Positions 12,801 to 15,137 of a DNA stretch of 15,137 nucleotides are shown one piece after another; position 1 is the stretch's first letter, and each line of letters starts with the position of its first letter. The DNA comes from an uncultured Chlamydiae bacterium (GTDB lineage: Bacteria; Chlamydiota; Chlamydiia; Chlamydiales; SM23-39). The translations under genes were made by a program, and so were the position numbers. A model generated the notes under the pieces. That model ran no database searches, was not told the DNA's origin, and saw only the letters and a program-made list of their open reading frames with translations. The stretch is taken from contig CAVSSM010000010.1 of assembly GCA_963730605.1 (NCBI GenBank), positions 68,634 to 83,770 of the forward strand, in the 5' to 3' direction.

Positions 12801-15137
12801 GTTGCGATCGGGATCACAGGGATTGGCGGCACCGGCTATGGAGGCTCCTCGACAACGGTCGACCATTCCCATGGAGTCAACATCGGCACCTCAATAGCTG
12901 TGAATCTCAACTCTATAAGTCCGGCAAATTCCCTCACTTTCCATAATTGCCTTGGAGGCAGCGGCGGGGTAGCCAATTACGGGGTCAATTTCGCTACCTC
13001 GCTCAATTTAGTCAACGGCTCATTGAACTTCCAAGGTATTACTGGCGGATCAGGTGGCACCGGAACTACCAATCACCATGGGGTTGTGATCAATAACGGG
13101 GTTACAGTCACTGCCCCATCGATCATTGCATTGGATTGCTTTGGCGGCCTGGGAACTGGCACCGACATCGGCTTCGACATTGCCGGAACGCTGGGATCTT
13201 CTGCTATGAATGTGGTCGCCATTGCAGCCGGAAGCTTGGGAACGGGAAGCCATGAATATGGAATTCAAGTGACCGGCACTGTGACTGTAGGCTCCGGCGC
13301 CACAATGACGCTGATGGGTACCGGCGGCGGCGCCTACAACGGCGCCGGTACCCTGAATCATGGCATTTACCTCAACGGCGCTACATTAACGAGCAGCGGC
13401 GCTGGCGCTACAGCCATTACACTCACCGGTTTGGGCGGGCAAGGCAGCGGCAATATCAATGCGGGCGCTTATATCGATACGAGCGGTTTAACGGTTAATT
13501 TTGGAACGAACGCAAGCAACCAATTGAACTTTCTGAACTGCATCGGCGGTTTTGTCGGATCCAACAACTACGGGGTGTACGTTGGCGGAACGGTTACGAC
13601 CGCAGGCACAGGACTGACTCAGTTCTTGAATGCGACCGGCGGCGGCAACGGGGTAGGACACAATAACAACGGTCTTCATTTTGCTGCCAATTATAACGCC
13701 CCCGACATCATTGCAGAAGCGACTGGCGGTTTTGGACAAGGCAGCTCAACCGCTACTGGCAACTACGGCGTCTATGTCGCTCCAACGATCACATTAGGCG
13801 GACCTACTGCAAACCAAATCAGGCTGACCGGCTCGAGCTTAGGGACGGGAAGTTTCGAGTTCGGAATCAAGATCGACTCAACGGGAACAATCCAGGTTGG
13901 CGATGGCGGAACGTTAAGTCTTAAAGGCTCCGGCGGAGGTTTGTATAACGGAACGGGCAGCCATAACTATGGCGTAGAGCTGGCCAACGCGACTTTGACA
14001 GCGGGCAATGGCGGCACGACCATCAATACGATCAATGTGTCAGGTTTTGGCGGCACAGGAACGGGAGGTTTGCATTATGGCGTGGATATCGAGACTGTCG
14101 GCTTCAGCGTCAACCTCAATGGAACGAATGCGGCGAACTCCCTCAACTTCATCAATTGCGCTGGCGGTTCGGGCGGCAATAGCAACTATGGCGTGAACTT
14201 TAGTGTGGGGTTCACGCTTGTTAACGGCTCTCTCAATTTCCTCAATGTCGTAGGCGGCGGTACCTCAACTTCTACAACAAATTACGGTTTGAATATCGGC
14301 GCAGCAGTCACTGCTCCTGTGATCACTGGTCGCGACATTGCAGGCGGGCCTGGGACGAATAACAACTGGGGACTCTATGTAAATGCCGCATTAGGCACTG
14401 TCGCAACGAATGTGCTCACGATGGCGGCCTCCAGTCTCGGGCTTGGCAGTAACGAGTACGGCATCAATGTCGCAAACACTATGACGGTAGGCTCCGGCGC
14501 TACGATGACGCTGACTGGTACCGGCGGAGGGGTTTACAGTGGCTCAGGCACTCTGAACCATGGCATTTACCTCAACGGCGCTACATTAACCAGCAGCGGT
14601 TCCGGAGCTGCAGCCGTTACACTTACCGGTTTGGGCGGCCAAGGCAGCGGCAATACCAATGCGGGCACTTATATCGATACGAGCGGTTTAACGGTTAATT
14701 TTGGAACGAACGCAAGCAACCAATTGAACTTTCTGAACTGCATCGGCGGTTTTGCCCTGTCCAACAACTACGGAGTGTATGTTGGCGGAACAGTAACAAC
14801 GACAGGCGCTGGTTTAACGCAATTCTTGAACGCCACAGGCGGTGGTAACGGAACAGGAACCAATAACAACGGATTCCATCTTGCGAATGGTGTAACTTAC
14901 ACGGTTCCTGACTTCATCGTTGAGGCAACAGGCGGGTTTGGAAGCGGAAGCAATGCAACCAATGGTAACTACGGTATTTACATTGGTCAAGGCTCTACTT
15001 TGGGCGGAGCAAGCTCGAACCAGATTCACCTGACCGGTTCAAGCAATGCCGTGGGAAGTTTTGAGTTTGGGATCAAAGTCGACTCGACAGGAACAATCCG
15101 GGTTGGCGATGGCGGAACGCTGAGTTTAAAAGGCTCT
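3..15137 (+). CDS. Giant (>5,000 aa, truncated at both window edges) Gly/Asn/Thr-rich beta-strand-repeat protein; probable surface or secreted beta-solenoid adhesin / haemagglutinin-like exoprotein; two single-base frameshifts (~789, ~4630)
   Basis: The same repeat protein reads in frame 3 from base 3 (SEIGIQVNPSSQIIVGNGGT...), in frame 2 from ~788 to 4627, and in frame 3 from 4632 to the last codon TCT at 15135-15137 (...GDGGTLSLKGS). Short alternating beta-strands, Gly-rich turns and recurrent NYG/NHG motifs are typical of parallel beta-helical extracellular proteins. Function is inferred because no signal peptide or secretion domain lies in the window. Confidence 0.9.
764..4717 (+). CDS. 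Segment 2 of the giant repeat protein (frame 2, 1317-aa ORF); genuine part ~788-4627
   Basis: The N-terminal MHIDCGQW and the C-terminal FSQRLIEPPKYFRRLGRKRNYSSSRGCDQ are off-frame readings. Everything between them is the repeat (GSQAAAINVTGIGGSGSGGANYGV...NYGVNFNISLN). Confidence 0.85.
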   Translation: MHIDCGQWGSQAAAINVTGIGGSGSGGANYGVNIAGSFAVNLNNTNPASSLNFKNCIGGSGGNSNYGVNFGIGLTLVNGSLNFLDIVGGGTSTSTTNYGLNIGAAVTAPVITGRDIVGGPGTNNNWGLYVNAALGSAATNVLIMTASSLGIGSNEYGINVANTVAVGSGATMTLTGTGGGVYNGTGTLNHGIYLNGSTITSSGTGATAITLTGLGGQGSGGTNAGAYIGASGLTVNFGTSSSNQLNFLNCIGGFVGSTNYGVYVGGTVTTTGTGLTQFLNATGGGNGTGTNNNGLHFAANYSAPAIIAEATGGFGKGTTTSTGNYGVYIGTGITLGGTGANQIRLTGTSLGTGSFEFGIKVDSTGTIQVGNGGTLSLKGSGGGLYNGTGASNYGVELANATLTAGNGGTTVNTINVSGVGGTGTGGLHYGVDIETVGFHVNLNGTNAANSINFVNCVGGSGGLSNIGVNFATSLSLVNGSLNFQSISGGAGGSGTTNHHGVVVNLGTTVTAPAIIAVDCFSGLGTGTDIGFSIGGTLGSAATNQVSITAGSVGTASNGYGIQVFGTVTVGSGATMTLTGSGGGTYNDSGTLNHGIYLNGATLTSSGAGATVMTLTGFGGSGSNTHGGAYIDTSGLTVNFGTSSSNQLNFLNCIGGFVGSNNYGVYVGGPVTTTGTGLTQFLNATGGGNGTGTNNNGLHFAANYSAPDIIAEATGGFGKGTTTSTGNYGIYIAPTITLGGSTTNQIRLIGSSLGTGSFEFGIKVDSTGTIQVGDGGTLSLKGSGGGLYNGTGASNYGVELANATLTAGNGGSTVNTINVSGFGGIGTVGSHFGVDIETVGFSVNLNGTNPSNSINFINCAGGSGGSSNYGVNFSVGLTLVNGSLNFLNVVGGGTSTSITNYGLNIGGVTVTAPVITGRDIVGGPGFGNNYGLNIGSSSTTSQLGTSLTNVLTISATSLGLGSNEYGINIFGSGGASSVVVGNGATLTLMGVGGGVYNGSGSDNHGIYLNNAVLTSSGSSATTMTLTGLGGQGSGGTNAGTYIASTGLTVNFGTNASNQLNFLNCIGGFALSNNYGVYVGGPVTTTGTGLTQFLNATGGGNGTGTNNNGLHFAANYSAPDIIAEATGGFGKGSTATNGNYGVYVGTGITLGGTGANQIRLTGSSLGTGSYEFGIAVYGGTIQVGDSGTLSLKGSGGGLYNGTGSHNYGVELANAATLTAGNGGTTVNTIDVSGVGGIGTGGVHYGVDIETVGFSVNLNGTNAANSINFISCAGGSGGASNYGVNFNISLNFSQRLIEPPKYFRRLGRKRNYSSSRGCDQ
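786..789 (+). other. -1 frameshift site (GGGG where paralogous copies have GGGGG)
   Basis: GGCAATGGGGAAGCC here versus AATGGGGGAA with G5 at 5616-5620, 6222-6226 and 12174-12178. Adding one G gives AGNGGSQAAAINVTG and fuses segments 1 and 2. Confidence 0.88.
4628..4631 (+). other. +1 frameshift site (extra C at ~4630)
   Basis: TCGCTCAACTTCAGTCAACGGC here versus TCGCTCAGCTTAGTCAACGGA (~2180) and TCGCTCAATTTAGTCAACGGC (~13000). Removing C4630 gives SLNLVNGSL and fuses segments 2 and 3. Confidence 0.88.
4632..15137 (+). CDS. Segment 3 of the giant repeat protein (frame 3, 3,502 codons, 3'-partial; absent from the ORF track)
   Basis: Hand translation starts VNGSLNLQNISGGSGGSGTTHHHGVVINSG. All 17 GGGxY anchors from 4956 to 14535, and the window end, are in frame 3. 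The ORF track lists no stop-terminated long + ORF here despite in-frame ATGs (e.g. 4926), consistent with no stop codon. Confidence 0.9.
6200..11300 (+). repeat. Multi-unit block duplication: ~6200-8340 repeated at ~9160-11300 (offset ~2,961 nt), separated by a divergent segment
   Basis: Anchor offsets are 6156>9117, 6753>9714, 7953>10914 and 8559>11520 (all 2,961) and 7359>10323 (2,964). The module order is the same, and both copies share private motifs (VHCFGGNGGTNNYAINYATS, ISGGNTLSAPVI, GTNSSNELNF, GFGQGSSLTNGNYG). Confidence 0.8.
10329..11683 (+). repeat. Perfect 158-bp direct repeat pair, 10329-10486 and 11526-11683
   Basis: Base-by-base comparison shows GGAACTAGCGCCAGC...GTCGGCTTCCA identical at offset 1,197. 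The flanks differ mainly at synonymous sites. Confidence 0.9.
12625..12997 (+). repeat. Near-identical direct repeat, copy 2 (partner 1-373)
   Basis: GCAGCGAAATTGGAATTCAAGTCAATCCGAGC... through ...GTCAATTTCGCTAC, with 5 mismatches to bases 1-373. Confidence 0.93.

Larger units (their letters stand above)
1..15137 (+). repeat. Degenerate coding tandem array of ~25 units of ~600 nt (~200 aa), each made of six ~33-aa coils
   Basis: The Tyr codon of the anchor motif GGG[LIVTA]Y[NS] lies at 93, 720, 1307, 1916, 2516, 3122, 3746, 4352, 4956, 5550, 6156, 6753, 7359, 7953, 8559, 9117, 9714, 10323, 10914, 11520, 12111, 12717, 13335, 13944 and 14535. Spacings are 558-627 nt (mean ~602) and are multiples of 3 except across the two indels. 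Confidence 0.93.

Noticed and set aside
1..12997. DGR template/variable repeat pair, or LTR/IS-like terminal repeats
   Set aside because: The 5 mismatches are mostly C/T rather than adenine-specific, both copies are in-frame coding, and no reverse transcriptase, transposase or integrase is present in the window.
140..15029. Other short (60-191 aa) + and - strand ORFs in the track
   Set aside because: All lie inside the repeat gene in alternative frames and recur with the repeat periodicity (e.g. 1983, 7423, 11623, 14008). There is no independent evidence for them.
1..15137. CRISPR array or non-coding repeat array
   Set aside because: The repeats are ~600 nt, degenerate and codon-structured with third-position variation. 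There is no short invariant repeat with unique spacers.
3..15137. Assignment to RTX (GGxGxD), PE-PGRS, chlamydial Pmp (GGA[ILV]/FxxN) or ice-nucleation protein families, or a gene symbol
   Set aside because: The diagnostic motifs of these families are not the recurring pattern here. The Gly-rich similarity is compositional only, and the termini needed for classification are outside the window.

Overview
The whole window is an internal piece of one giant + strand gene with no start or stop codon inside the window. It encodes about 5,045 aa of a Gly/Asn/Thr/Ser-rich, charge-poor repeat protein, most plausibly a secreted or surface beta-solenoid (adhesin/haemagglutinin-like). The reading frame is broken at two single-base indels, both identifiable from paralogous repeat copies: a missing G at 786-789 (frame 3 to frame 2) and an extra C at about 4630 (frame 2 to frame 3). 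After 4632 the frame stays open for 3,502 codons to the window end; the ORF track omits this segment, presumably because it has no stop. The protein is hierarchical: coils of about 33 aa (..GxGG....N[YH]G[VI]x[ILFV]..) group six at a time into units of about 200 aa (about 600 nt), and about 25 units are present. The units are built from a small set of interchangeable half-modules in a non-periodic but rule-following order, with patchy near-identical DNA tracts between distant copies, which suggests intragenic duplication or gene conversion. All short + strand and all - strand ORFs are shadows of this gene. No RNA genes, mobile elements, CRISPR arrays or regulatory sites were seen.
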